Positions 1-9,948 are shown, counted from the stretch's first letter. The stretch is DNA of 64,000 nt from an uncultured Ruminococcus sp. (GCA_902792515.1 CADAZX010000020.1:224-64223); one strand, 5' to 3'. A program made the numbers and translations. Notes: generated by a model from the sequence alone, not told the origin.

Positions 1-144
1 GCGTTTTGAAAAAATCGCAAAATTACGCGCGCCGAAAATAAAACAAGACCGCGCCCGAAACGCGGCCTTGCTAAGAGCATGTTGTTTTAAATAACCCGGC
101 TGACACGCTTTTGTTGGCGCCCGGTGAAGGAGGCGGGGATTAAA

Positions 145-1560
145 TTACAGATCCTCGTGCTCCGCCAGCAAAGCGGCGCCGAGAGCGGCTTCTTCCCTGG
201 ATTCGGGCATCGAGAGCTCGAGGCCGAACTTTTCGGAAATGGACTCGCAGAGGGTGGGGTTGAGGCGGAGACCGTTGCCGGCGCCGACCAGTTCGCGGTG
301 ACCGGAGGCGGCGAAGGGTTTGACCTCGCCGTAGAGGGAGTAGAGCTCGGAGGCGATGCCTTCGGAGAAGCCAGCCGCGAGGGTGCCCATTGTGAAGTTG
401 TCGGTGCCGATGTTTTCGATGGCGCCGCGTTTTTGCGGGTTGGCGCGCGTGCCGCTGAAGGTGGTGTTGACGACCGGGGCGGGCGTGAGGCCTGTGCCTG
501 CCGGAAGTTTGGCGTCGCCGGTGGGCGAGCGGAGGAGTTTCAACGTTTCGCGGTGGGATCTCACGGCCTTGTCCATGGCGTCGTAAACCATCTCGGGGCT
601 GGGCTCAAAGCCGGCAATGCGCTCGACCGTCTCGCGGAACATGTCCGCCAGAAGGGCGTACGCGCGGCCGCCGCAAAGGGCTGCGCCGACGGCAATGTTG
701 CGGCCGCCGAAATAGGGCCGGAGCTCGACGTCGCCGCCTGTAATTTTCAGCTTCTTTTCGGCAAATTTCGATGCTGCGTCGTCGCATGCGATGCAGGAGA
801 CCTGGCTGCCTGTTCCGACGTTCACGGAGAGCACGTCGGCGCTCATGCCGACTGCGTCAAAAAGGGCCGCCTGATTGTCGCCAATCGCCGCGGCGACCGG
901 AATTCCGGTTTTCGCCTCGCCGACAAACGTCACCTTTCCGCGGTGGGTAATGCGCGGGAAAAACGACGCGTCGACGCCGAGAGCCTCAATGCGGTCGAGC
1001 AGGAACTGCTTCCCCTCGAGGTCGTAAGCGCCGATGGAAGCGGCGTTCGTGGGGTGGAGGAGCGGCCTGTTTTTGCCGGTGAGCGACATTACCGCGAGGT
1101 CGGCGACCGTCGCAAAGCAGACGGCGCCTTCGGGAACGAGCCCGTTCACGGTGTTGTAAAAATGCGTCACGGCGCCGTAGCCTGTCGATGCGCCTGTGCC
1201 GGTTGCCTGCGAAAAATACTCCGCGTAAGTGAGGCCGTCTTTGTAGGGGAGGTTGCCCCTGCCGTCCTGCCAGGAAAAAACGGGCGAAACGGGCTTGCCG
1301 TTAGCGTCGATGTATACGATTCCGTGCATCTGACCTGTCACGCCTATCGAGTCGGCGCGGCCGAATTCGAGCAGTTCGCGAAGAACCGCCTGCGTGATTT
1401 CGAGCGCCCGGTTCACGTCGATGAGACGCGCGTAGGGAACGTCCGGCTTGACGGGTGCGCCGCCGCGGTGGGTGATGCTCTTGACGAGTCTGCCGCTGTC
1501 GGTGTCAAACAGAACGCCGCAGATGCTTGTTGTGCCAATGTCGAGTCCAATACGGTACAT
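145..1560 (-). CDS. FGGY-family carbohydrate kinase (sedoheptulokinase/xylulokinase-like)
   Basis: N-terminal IGLDIGTTS phosphate-1 motif, GVTGQMHG, SWQDGRG, AIGDNQAA, NVGTGSQ, GAGNG and C-terminal EEAALGAAL are FGGY signatures. Confidence 0.85.
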   Translation of the reverse strand: MYRIGLDIGTTSICGVLFDTDSGRLVKSITHRGGAPVKPDVPYARLIDVNRALEITQAVLRELLEFGRADSIGVTGQMHGIVYIDANGKPVSPVFSWQDGRGNLPYKDGLTYAEYFSQATGTGASTGYGAVTHFYNTVNGLVPEGAVCFATVADLAVMSLTGKNRPLLHPTNAASIGAYDLEGKQFLLDRIEALGVDASFFPRITHRGKVTFVGEAKTGIPVAAAIGDNQAALFDAVGMSADVLSVNVGTGSQVSCIACDDAASKFAEKKLKITGGDVELRPYFGGRNIAVGAALCGGRAYALLADMFRETVERIAGFEPSPEMVYDAMDKAVRSHRETLKLLRSPTGDAKLPAGTGLTPAPVVNTTFSGTRANPQKRGAIENIGTDNFTMGTLAAGFSEGIASELYSLYGEVKPFAASGHRELVGAGNGLRLNPTLCESISEKFGLELSMPESREEAALGAALLAEHEDL

Positions 1561-1685
1561 GTTTTCTGCCTTTGCAATTGTCCAATCCGGTTTTTTCTCT
1601 CCTTTTAGCGGAGAGTCCTCTTATTGTATCACTTCTTTTATTGTTTTTCACCCACTTTTGTTGCTTTTATTTCCCTAATCAGGAA

Positions 1686-1730
1686 GAAAAAAAGCGCCCG
1701 CGGGACGTTAGCGCCCCGTGAACGCTTTTT
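1686..1730. terminator. Imperfect hairpin flanked by A and T tracts; likely terminator of the lipoprotein gene 1788-2777
   Basis: aaaaaagcg-cccgcgggac...gccccgtgaa-cgcttttt. Confidence 0.4.
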
Positions 1731-1787
1731 GAATGTTTAAATCGCTTTTCGCGGTTTTGCCTGCCGCGAACCGTTTCAGGCAGGAAA

Positions 1788-2777
1788 TCAGTACGCCTTC
1801 ACGCAGAAGTTGTCGATCACCGCGCCGGTCAGGTGGGTCCAGACCATCATTGCCGAGCCGGACATGTTGCCGACGTTGTTTTCCGCGGATGCAACCTTGT
1901 TCCCGGACGCGTCGAAAAGCGTGACTTCGTCCTCGCCGACCTCCATGTGGCAGACAAAAGTGCCGTCGATGTAGAGGTACGCCTTCAGGTCGTCAGTCTG
2001 AATCATCGTGACGTGGCGCTCCTCGTCAAAATAGTCCTTCTGCCCGAATTCGAGGATCATGGATTTGTCCGGCCAGCCGCCTTCGCTGCCGCTTTCACCG
2101 ACGCCGTAAACCGGGAACCGCCCCTTGTCGTTGAGCCCGAAAAACAGGCCGTTGCCCGCGGTGGTGGGCACGAAACCGGTCGGCTCGTTGACGAAGCAGC
2201 CGATCATGAGGCCTACCCACTCGTACTGCTTGAGGTCATCCCTCGGCAGCGCGATCTTGTAGTCGAACGAGAGCTCGAACTGCTCGTAGTCGCCGAATTC
2301 GTCGAAAATCTGGGCAAAAAACGAATTGTGGTTGACATCGGGCGCGCCGTTTGCGAATGACAGACAGAGCTTTCCGTCGTTGACCTCGAGAAGGTCGGTC
2401 GAAAGCGTTCCGGCGTCTTCAAGAAGGTCGTCGACGGTCTTGCCGTTGAAGTCCTCAAAATAGAGGGTGTCGACGTGTTCCTGGCCTTCCGTAAAAGGCT
2501 TGCCCTTGTTGTCGCCGAGAGCGGGCTTTGAAGGGGGCGCCGCGGTCGGTTCATCGGTCGGGGCGGCGGTCTCTTCGGGGGCCTGTGTTTCTTCCGGCTC
2601 TTGGGAATCCGCCGGCGCGTCAGTCGGGTCTGCGGGGGTAGCGGTGACCTCGGAGGTCGGGCTTTCGGGTTTTCCGGTTTCGGCAGGCTCCGGCTTGTCA
2701 GGCTTCGCGCATGATGCCATGCAGACGATCAGCGCCGCGGTCAAAACTGTCAGAATGAGCTTATTTAAAATTTTCAT
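1788..2777 (-). CDS. Lipoprotein with Pro/Thr/Glu-rich linker and probable beta-sandwich (concanavalin/LamG-like) domain
   Basis: Signal peptide with lipobox (MASC), low-complexity linker, then YFEDF ... LYIDG ... IDNFCV pattern typical of jelly-roll domains. Confidence 0.6.
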   Translation of the reverse strand: MKILNKLILTVLTAALIVCMASCAKPDKPEPAETGKPESPTSEVTATPADPTDAPADSQEPEETQAPEETAAPTDEPTAAPPSKPALGDNKGKPFTEGQEHVDTLYFEDFNGKTVDDLLEDAGTLSTDLLEVNDGKLCLSFANGAPDVNHNSFFAQIFDEFGDYEQFELSFDYKIALPRDDLKQYEWVGLMIGCFVNEPTGFVPTTAGNGLFFGLNDKGRFPVYGVGESGSEGGWPDKSMILEFGQKDYFDEERHVTMIQTDDLKAYLYIDGTFVCHMEVGEDEVTLFDASGNKVASAENNVGNMSGSAMMVWTHLTGAVIDNFCVKAY

Positions 2778-3126
2778 AACTTCTCCGTTGAAAAAAAGTC
2801 AGTTTTATGCGCCGTCCGGCGCGTTTTTTATATTATACTCTATTTTTGCGCCGGTGAAAAGAGTACTTCTTAAGGTACTTCTTAAGGCGGCACGAAAACG
2901 CGGCACGAAAACCGCGGCGCCACGTCACTTTTCGTCACTTTTCGACATCTTTCGACTTTTCTGCGCGGGGCAGGATCCGGTTTGCGACATTTTTTAACAA
3001 TTTGTTGTCCAAAACGATTTCTCAGGAGTGCTTTGAGGCTAAAACTGTCAAAGTTTAAGCGTATTTTCCACCTTTTGAGGCGCGTTTTGGAGAATATTTT
3101 TGCGGGCGAAAACGGGCTTGAAATCC

Positions 3127-3155
3127 TTGAAGGAAGGGCGCGGGGATGGTATAAT
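3127..3155 (+). promoter_or_regulatory. sigmaA promoter for 3294-4229
   Basis: TTGAAG (3127-3132), 17 bp, TGgTATAAT extended -10 (TATAAT 3150-3155). Confidence 0.6.
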
Positions 3156-3293
3156 ACAAGCAGGGCAGGAACGCTTGGGGAAACCTTGGAGAAACCGTGA
3201 AGGCGCCGGACCGGCGTACGTTTTGGCGAGAGGATTCTGGCGGCGTGAAACCTCAAAATACAGTTTATTCGCGAAAAATTCGGGAGGGGAAAT

Positions 3294-4229
3294 ATGTCAG
3301 ACTTTAAGGATCTGAGAATCGTTGACAACTTTTACCAGACGTCGCTGTTCTTTCCAATGCCGGCGGTGCTCGTAAGCACGCTTGCGGACGACGGTGAGAC
3401 GAACTGCGGAGCCTACTCGCTTGTCCAGCCGTACTATGTGGCCGGAAAGGACTACTACGCGATGCTGCTTTCGTGCCGCAACTCGTCGAACACTGCTCAG
3501 AACATTATCAAACGCAAGAAGTGCGCGATCAACTTTTTCCCGGACGACCGGAAATACTTCAAGGAAGCCGTGAGACTCGGGTGGCCGGGCGACACGACGG
3601 CGGAGAAAATGAAGGATTTTTCGATGACTCTGGTGGATGGTTTGAGGGCGGAGAACGACCCTGCGGGCAAGTATCCGAAGATCGTTAACGAGTCGTTCCA
3701 GGTTATCGAGTGCACGTGGGTGGACACGCTTGACGGCGCGGAAAACGACAAGCCGATGGCCGAGGGAGAGGACCACTACACGCTTGAAAAGTATCACGAC
3801 TTCAACGGCATCACAAGTCCGTACGGAGCGCATTTTATTCTAAAAGTAGACAAAATTCTGATGAAGCCCAAATATTGGGAGGCGATCGTGAACGGCGTGC
3901 GCGGAAGAGATTTTCCGCCGTGCCCGGTCGATTACGGCTACAGGGACTCCAAGAATTTCTGGTACCACAAGAAGAGAAAACTCATCGCGGAACTGCTGCC
4001 GGTGAGAAAGACGACGCTCGCTTCGGTGAGGTACGCCGCGGACAGGATCGATCCTACGGTGCACTTTTCGGACGACGCGCTTGAGACGATCGTGAACGTG
4101 CCGAGGATATTCCTGCCGACGGTCCTGAGAGGCTGCGTGGCGTGGGCGAAGGAGAACAATGTTACCGAAATCACGGCTGCGGAGATGAAGATCATCAACG
4201 ACAAGCGGAATAAGGAAAAGAATAAATAA
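3294..4229 (+). CDS. Flavin-reductase-like (split-barrel) protein with C-terminal PCP_red-like helical domain
   Basis: FPMPAVLVST..GETNCGAYS, SNTAQNI..KKCAINF and IEC motifs of the flavin reductase-like family; C-terminal FSDDALETIVNVPRIFLPTVLRGCVAWAKENNVTEIT resembles PCP_red. RBS GGAGG upstream. Confidence 0.7.
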   Translation: MSDFKDLRIVDNFYQTSLFFPMPAVLVSTLADDGETNCGAYSLVQPYYVAGKDYYAMLLSCRNSSNTAQNIIKRKKCAINFFPDDRKYFKEAVRLGWPGDTTAEKMKDFSMTLVDGLRAENDPAGKYPKIVNESFQVIECTWVDTLDGAENDKPMAEGEDHYTLEKYHDFNGITSPYGAHFILKVDKILMKPKYWEAIVNGVRGRDFPPCPVDYGYRDSKNFWYHKKRKLIAELLPVRKTTLASVRYAADRIDPTVHFSDDALETIVNVPRIFLPTVLRGCVAWAKENNVTEITAAEMKIINDKRNKEKNK

Positions 4230-4283
4230 TTTTTGTGTTGAGGACAGGTGCCGCTTTGGACGGCCGGTCGGAGGTGCGTTTTT

Positions 4284-7262
4284 ATGACGGTAAAAAGAAA
4301 GGCGGGCTCGCTTGCGGCCGCGATAATGACAGTTGCCGCGCTCACGGTTGCGGCTGTGATATTTTCCGTATTTTCAGGCGGAAAACCGGTTGAGGCGGAG
4401 GCTGCCGATTCGGCCGTCACGCTTGTGAGAGAGGCGGTTGAACTCGTTGTGGGCGAGACGGACGTGCTCACGACGAAGAAGGAAGTCAAGGACGCGAAGT
4501 GGACGTCTTCGGACGAGAGCGTAGTGACGGTAGACGCCGGCGGTACGGTGAAGGGAATCAAGCCCGGTTCCGCCGAGGTGACTGTTTCGTCTGACTCGGG
4601 TTCGGCCGTTTGCAGGATTTTTGTTGTCGAAAAGGAGTACAGCTTTGACGACGACATTATGATATCGATTTTCTGGCCGCCTACGCAGAACTACGTGAAC
4701 GACGAGCAGTACAAGCTTATGGCGGACGCGGGAATCACATGGGTTATGGGCGCAGGCGACAACCTCGGTTCGAAGGCGACGCAGCTGAAGATGCTCGAGC
4801 TCTGCTACAAGTACGGGATCCATATGACGGTCGGCGACTCGAGACTCGGTTCAGGCCTGCTCAATATGAGCGAAAAACAGATCAAAAAGGTCGTTGACGA
4901 GTACAGAAACGTTCCCGGCGCGAACGGGTACTATATGCTCGACGAGCCTTTCAACCCGAACGTCTTTATAAAGGCTTACAGGGTTCTGAAAGAGCTGGAT
5001 CCGAATTCGTATATGCACCTCAACTTCCTGCCGTATGCCGCTTACGGTTCGATCGACGTCTACAAGGCGCAGATGAACGACTGGCTGAAGCTGTGCGCGC
5101 AGACAGGTCACAAGCAGGACTACCTGATGTACGACCTGTACCCGTTCGGGCTGGCGGCCGGTTCGATGAACAGGACCGGATTTTTGCTCAACCTGAACGC
5201 GGTGCGCGAGGTCGGACTTGCGAACGGCGTAAAAACAGGCACGTATATTCAATCGGTCACTCAGGAGGTTGCGTTCAGATCGCCAACCGAGTCGGAAACG
5301 CGCTACGAAATAAACATGGCGCTCGCGTTCGGCGTAAAGCAGCTTTCGTACTTCACGTGGTTCACGCCTTACAACCGCAGCGAGCCTTTTATCGACGGAA
5401 TCATCCATTGGGACGGCACTCCGAACCCTAAATACGAGTTCATCTGCAGGCTGAATCAGGAGGTCCACAACCTGGGGCCGACGCTCATCAAGTGCGACAG
5501 CCTCGAGGTGTACCAGGGGCGCAACAAATACGACGCGATGGAGCTCATTCCCGACGACTTTTTCGTGCAGTCCGAGACAAAAGCGGACTTTACTGTCGCG
5601 TATTTGAGAGACCGCGAGACCGGCAGAAACTACTGCATGGTCGTGAACAACAACTTCTCGAAGGCGAAGGATTTCAGTCTGAAGTTTGACAAAGAGATCA
5701 CGTCGCTCGAGTATTTGTCGGAGAAGGACGGAAAGGCGTACAAGCAGGAGCTTTCGGAAGGAAACGTGGCGGATTTTGAACTCGAAGCGGGCGGCGCGAG
5801 GCTGTTCGTGCTCCCTGAGGGGTACGATTTCAGCAAGAAACGCGAATGGGTGCCCGGTATGAATGAGAATCTTGCCGCTCACGCGAGCATAATGTGCGAT
5901 TCGTCCGTGGGATCGGGCGGCTGGTACATGAGCGCGCTGAACGACGGCGTAAGGTTCTCGGGCGGCGGAATGGAAGGCTGGACGCCTGAATCCGGAAACA
6001 ACAGCGGCATGGCGGTGCTCGATTTCGGCAGGAGCGTGGAGTTCAACCGCGTCGACATTTATCCGGCGGGGTCGCGGTTCGGGTACGGCATAAATATGCC
6101 GGGAAGCTTCGTGCTGGCTGTTTCGGAAGACGCGGAGACGTGGTACAAGCTGGCTGAGGCAAAGAACTTTAAAGTGCTTTTGGACACCGCGCCTTCGGTT
6201 ACTTTTGAGACCGTAAAGGCCAGGTATCTGAGAATCATCGCTTCCGATTTTCCTGCGGGAAAGCTGGAAATCTGCGAGATCGAGGTCTACAATGACGACG
6301 GCGGAACACCTCCCACGGAGCTTGTCTCGGGAGCGGGAATGTCCGAGCGCGGCGAAAACGTCGTGAAGTACAAAGAGGGCAAGAGCATTTCAAAAGGGAA
6401 GCCGGTAACGGTGTCTTCGTACCCGCAGGGAGCGGAGTACAAATCGTGGGGCTGGTGGCCGGATTTTCTGACCGACGGCGACCTTAAGAGAGGCTGGACG
6501 TCGAACGTCAAGATCCATATGGACCAGGCGGAGTCGCCCGAGTTCGCGATCATAGATCTTCAGGACTACTTCAATATCGACGCGATTTCCGTGTCGCCGA
6601 ACGGCTGCTGGCCGGAGGATTTCGAGATCAGGATATCCGACAATATGACTGACTGGGAGACTGTCGCAAGCGAGAGCGGGTCGAAGGCGCCGAAGGATTT
6701 TTATACCCTAAATTTAGACGGAAACAAGCATGCACGATACGTGATGTTCTACGCGTCCAAACTGACGAAAACCGCCGCTGACGGATATATGCTGCAGCTC
6801 GGAGAGGTTGACGTCACGGGTACTCCGTTCAAGAACGTCGAAGAGGCGCAGTCGCTTATAGACACGTTTAAGGCCGCGGGAGGCTCCGAAGACGCAGCAT
6901 CGCTGAAGGCGGTGCGCGAGATCCTGGCTGACAAGAATTCGACTCAGTCGCAGCTCGACAAGGCGATGAAGGATATGCTCGCGGAGGTCGGCAAGAGTAT
7001 TCCCGCAGCGGAGCAGGCGGAGAGGGCGGTTTACACGTTTGAGACGGTCGACAATCCGATGACCGTGAAGGACGACACGCCTGTTCCGACCGCGTTACCC
7101 GCGGATTCAACAGACGGTCCTGACGGTCCGGAAACGCCCGGAAAAGACGGCCCGGGGAAGATACTGCTTGTGGCGGGAATCGTCGCGGGTGTCGCGCTTC
7201 TGGCTGCGGCGGCTGTGGTGATTGCCGTGAAAATTGGCGGAAAGAAGAAAAAAGAGGATTGA
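4284..7262 (+). CDS. Secreted/membrane-anchored multidomain protein: Ig-like (Big_2), putative glycoside-hydrolase TIM barrel, two discoidin/F5-8 type C (CBM32-like) domains, C-terminal TM anchor
   Basis: ATG at 4284 after GGAGGTG. WTSSDESVVTVDAGGTVKG (Big_2), YYMLDEP and YDLYPF (GH-like), LNDG..W..DFGRSVEF..ARYLRI..EIEVY and LTDG..IIDL..ARYV..GEVDV (discoidin), hydrophobic helix followed by KKKK. Confidence 0.7.
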   Translation: MTVKRKAGSLAAAIMTVAALTVAAVIFSVFSGGKPVEAEAADSAVTLVREAVELVVGETDVLTTKKEVKDAKWTSSDESVVTVDAGGTVKGIKPGSAEVTVSSDSGSAVCRIFVVEKEYSFDDDIMISIFWPPTQNYVNDEQYKLMADAGITWVMGAGDNLGSKATQLKMLELCYKYGIHMTVGDSRLGSGLLNMSEKQIKKVVDEYRNVPGANGYYMLDEPFNPNVFIKAYRVLKELDPNSYMHLNFLPYAAYGSIDVYKAQMNDWLKLCAQTGHKQDYLMYDLYPFGLAAGSMNRTGFLLNLNAVREVGLANGVKTGTYIQSVTQEVAFRSPTESETRYEINMALAFGVKQLSYFTWFTPYNRSEPFIDGIIHWDGTPNPKYEFICRLNQEVHNLGPTLIKCDSLEVYQGRNKYDAMELIPDDFFVQSETKADFTVAYLRDRETGRNYCMVVNNNFSKAKDFSLKFDKEITSLEYLSEKDGKAYKQELSEGNVADFELEAGGARLFVLPEGYDFSKKREWVPGMNENLAAHASIMCDSSVGSGGWYMSALNDGVRFSGGGMEGWTPESGNNSGMAVLDFGRSVEFNRVDIYPAGSRFGYGINMPGSFVLAVSEDAETWYKLAEAKNFKVLLDTAPSVTFETVKARYLRIIASDFPAGKLEICEIEVYNDDGGTPPTELVSGAGMSERGENVVKYKEGKSISKGKPVTVSSYPQGAEYKSWGWWPDFLTDGDLKRGWTSNVKIHMDQAESPEFAIIDLQDYFNIDAISVSPNGCWPEDFEIRISDNMTDWETVASESGSKAPKDFYTLNLDGNKHARYVMFYASKLTKTAADGYMLQLGEVDVTGTPFKNVEEAQSLIDTFKAAGGSEDAASLKAVREILADKNSTQSQLDKAMKDMLAEVGKSIPAAEQAERAVYTFETVDNPMTVKDDTPVPTALPADSTDGPDGPETPGKDGPGKILLVAGIVAGVALLAAAAVVIAVKIGGKKKKED

Positions 7263-7331
7263 ACGGGATTCCGCTCAATTGATTGATTTTACCTATAAAT
7301 AGACCGGAAACAGGCCGGCTTGGAGGATTTT

Positions 7332-9113
7332 ATGAGAATTACTGACGATGTTTTTTACGTAGGCGTTAACGACCACGACATTGACCTTTTCGAGGGTCAC
7401 TACATTGTGCCGGAGGGCATGGCGTACAACTCCTACCTGATCAAGGACCGGAAGATCGCCGTTATGGATTCGGTGGACGCCGCATTCACGCACGAGTGGC
7501 TGGACAATATTTCCGAGGCGCTCGGTGGAAGAAAGCCGGACTATCTTGTGGTTCAGCATATGGAGCCCGACCACTCGGCGAACATTGTGAACTTCATGCA
7601 GGCGTACCCGGAGGCGACTGTCGTGTCGTCCGTGAAGGCGTTTCAGATGATGAAAAACTTTTTCGGGAAGGAATTTGAGGACAGGAGAATCGTTGTCGGC
7701 GAAGGTTCCACGCTTGAGCTTGGCCGCCACACGCTGACGTTCGTGACGGCGCCGATGGTTCACTGGCCCGAGGTGATCGTGACGTACGACAGTGCGGACG
7801 GAATTCTTTTCAGCGCTGACGGCTTCGGAAAGTTCGGGGCGCTCAAAAAGGACGTCACCGACACGGATGAGGACGGCGAGGGCTGGGACTGCGAGGCGCG
7901 CAGGTACTACTTCGGAATAGTCGGAAAATACGGCGCGCAGGTGCAGGCGCTTCTCAGAAAGGCCGAGGCTCTCGACATAAGGATGATCTGCCCGCTCCAC
8001 GGACCGGTTCTTAACAAGAACATCGGCTACTACGTAAACAAGTACAATATCTGGTCGTCCTACGGCGTCGAGTCGGACGGCATCGTCATCGCGTACACGT
8101 CGGTTTACGGCCACACGAAGGACGCCGTGAACCTTCTCGCCGACAAGCTTCGCGCCAAGGGATGCCCGAAGGTCGCGGTTCACGATCTCGCCAGAAGCGA
8201 CATGGCCGAGGCGGTCGAGGACGCTTTCAGATACGGAAAAATCGTTCTCGCGACGACTACGTACAACGCCGGCATTTTCCCGTACATGCGCGAGTTTATC
8301 AATTCGCTCACCGAGAGGAATTTCTGCAACAGGACGGTCGCGTTCATCGAAAACGGCTCCTGGGCACCCAACGCCACCAAGACGATGAAGGCAATGCTCG
8401 AGGGCTCCAAGAATTTGATTTTTGCCGAAAATTCGGTAAAAATCGTCTCCGCGTTGGACGACTCGTCAAAGCAGAAGATCGACGCGCTGGCTGACGAACT
8501 CTGCGGAGAGTACCTGGCGAGAATGGACGCGACAGCCAACAAGAACGACCTTCGCGCGCTCTTCAAGATCGGCTACGGTTTGTACGTCATCACATCGCGG
8601 GACGGCGACAAGGACAACGGCTTTATCTGCAACACCGTGTCGCAGGTCACGAGCACTCCCAACCGCGTGGCGGTCTGCATCAACAAGCAGAATTACTCCC
8701 ACCACTTGATCAAAAAGACCGGCGTCATGAACGTGAACTGCCTTTCCGTCGACGCGCCTTTTGACGTGTTCAAGTCGTTCGGATTCAGGAGCGGCAGAAC
8801 GTGCGACAAGTTCGAGGGGATGGACGAGCCGAGGTCCGGCAACGGTTTAATGGTTGAGCAGTACGTCGATCTGGGCACGCACGGAATGTTCATCTGTGAG
8901 GTGACAGAGGCGAGGGTGATCTCGGACAGAGAGACGATGACGTACACCTACTACCAGGCGAACGTGAAGCCGAAGCCGGAGACGAAGGGCAAGAAGGGCT
9001 TTGTGTGCAAGATATGCGGATACGTTTATGAAGGGGACGAGCTGCCGGAGGACTTTGTATGTCCGCTATGTAAACACCCTGCATCAGACTTTGAACCATT
9101 ACCTGAGAAATAA
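7332..9113 (+). CDS. fprA: Flavodiiron protein (FprA) fused to flavin-reductase and rubredoxin domains
   Basis: HMEPDHS, HWPE, FSADGFG, PLHG diiron ligands; YTSVYGHT flavodoxin loop; IGYGLYVIT..VSQVT flavin reductase; CKICGY...CPLCK rubredoxin. ATG 7332 follows GGAGG. Confidence 0.9.
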   Translation: MRITDDVFYVGVNDHDIDLFEGHYIVPEGMAYNSYLIKDRKIAVMDSVDAAFTHEWLDNISEALGGRKPDYLVVQHMEPDHSANIVNFMQAYPEATVVSSVKAFQMMKNFFGKEFEDRRIVVGEGSTLELGRHTLTFVTAPMVHWPEVIVTYDSADGILFSADGFGKFGALKKDVTDTDEDGEGWDCEARRYYFGIVGKYGAQVQALLRKAEALDIRMICPLHGPVLNKNIGYYVNKYNIWSSYGVESDGIVIAYTSVYGHTKDAVNLLADKLRAKGCPKVAVHDLARSDMAEAVEDAFRYGKIVLATTTYNAGIFPYMREFINSLTERNFCNRTVAFIENGSWAPNATKTMKAMLEGSKNLIFAENSVKIVSALDDSSKQKIDALADELCGEYLARMDATANKNDLRALFKIGYGLYVITSRDGDKDNGFICNTVSQVTSTPNRVAVCINKQNYSHHLIKKTGVMNVNCLSVDAPFDVFKSFGFRSGRTCDKFEGMDEPRSGNGLMVEQYVDLGTHGMFICEVTEARVISDRETMTYTYYQANVKPKPETKGKKGFVCKICGYVYEGDELPEDFVCPLCKHPASDFEPLPEK

Positions 9114-9159
9114 TAAGAGGTTTATTTATTGGGCTAAAAGCGACTTTGAAAACAGTTTT

Positions 9160-9208
9160 AAAACAGTCAGTAGATTTTTGTGACTTCACGAAATCTGCTG
9201 ACTGTTTT
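9160..9208. terminator. Long AT-rich hairpin between convergent fprA and argR
   Basis: aaaacagtcagtagattt...aaatctgctgactgtttt inverted repeat. Confidence 0.55.
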
Positions 9209-9453
9209 CGTTTAGAGATTATCGCGTCAACTTTGGCGCTTCTCATGTTTGTTAGCCTAGTTCTTCAAAGAATAGTATGATAGTATTGACAACTGTGTTT
9301 CATTTGAAATAAAGATTTCACCGAATCGGTGAAAGTGATAATTTGATGAAACAATGCTTAACCGTAATCCAGTACGTGCTACTCGCAAGAGAAGCATTAA
9401 TTACAGATTTGATTGATTGCGCGCTCTAATTTACCTATTTTTAGAACAAAACT

Positions 9454-9948
9454 TTAGACGATACTGCGGAGTGTGGACAGGGTGGAACTGAGCTCTTCGG
9501 CGTCCTTCTGGGTGCGCATGATGACGAGGATGGTGTCGTCGCCGGCGATCGTGCCGAGCATGCCGTCCCACTGCATTGAGTCCATTGAGGCGCACACGGC
9601 GCCGGCCATGCCGCTGTAGGTTTTTATGACGACCTGGTTGAGGGCGGTGTCGATTTTCGTGACCGAGGTGCGGAAGAGGATACGGAACTGGTTCGAGATG
9701 AAGGAGTCGTCGCGCGTTTTGCTCTCCTCGAAACGGTAGCCGCCGCCGGGGAGGGCGACGCGGGTGAGCTTCAGGTCGCGGATGTCACGGGAAACGGTGC
9801 CCTGGGTGACGGCGTAGCCTTCCTCGTTGAGGCGCCTGAGAAGGTCCTGCTGGCTGCCGATCTGCTCCTCGGAAATCAGGCGCTTGATTGCATCGAACCT
9901 TACAGAGCGGATGTTCTTTTCGTTTCCTGCGTATGCTTTTTTAGCCAT
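9454..9948 (-). CDS. argR: Arginine repressor
   Basis: VTQGTVSRDIRDL winged-HTH and GTIAGDDT arginine-binding motif. Confidence 0.95.
   Translation of the reverse strand: MAKKAYAGNEKNIRSVRFDAIKRLISEEQIGSQQDLLRRLNEEGYAVTQGTVSRDIRDLKLTRVALPGGGYRFEESKTRDDSFISNQFRILFRTSVTKIDTALNQVVIKTYSGMAGAVCASMDSMQWDGMLGTIAGDDTILVIMRTQKDAEELSSTLSTLRSIV

Noticed and set aside
124-1608. Long + strand ORF (494 aa) and many similar antisense ORFs (e.g. 25071-26522, 19395-20717, 46152-47303, 21544-22653)
   Set aside because: They lie opposite well-supported genes and have no recognisable motifs; these are shadow ORFs caused by GC-rich codon bias.
8890-9246. Minus-strand 118-aa ORF across the fprA end
   Set aside because: It runs through a terminator hairpin and antisense to fprA, with no recognisable motif.
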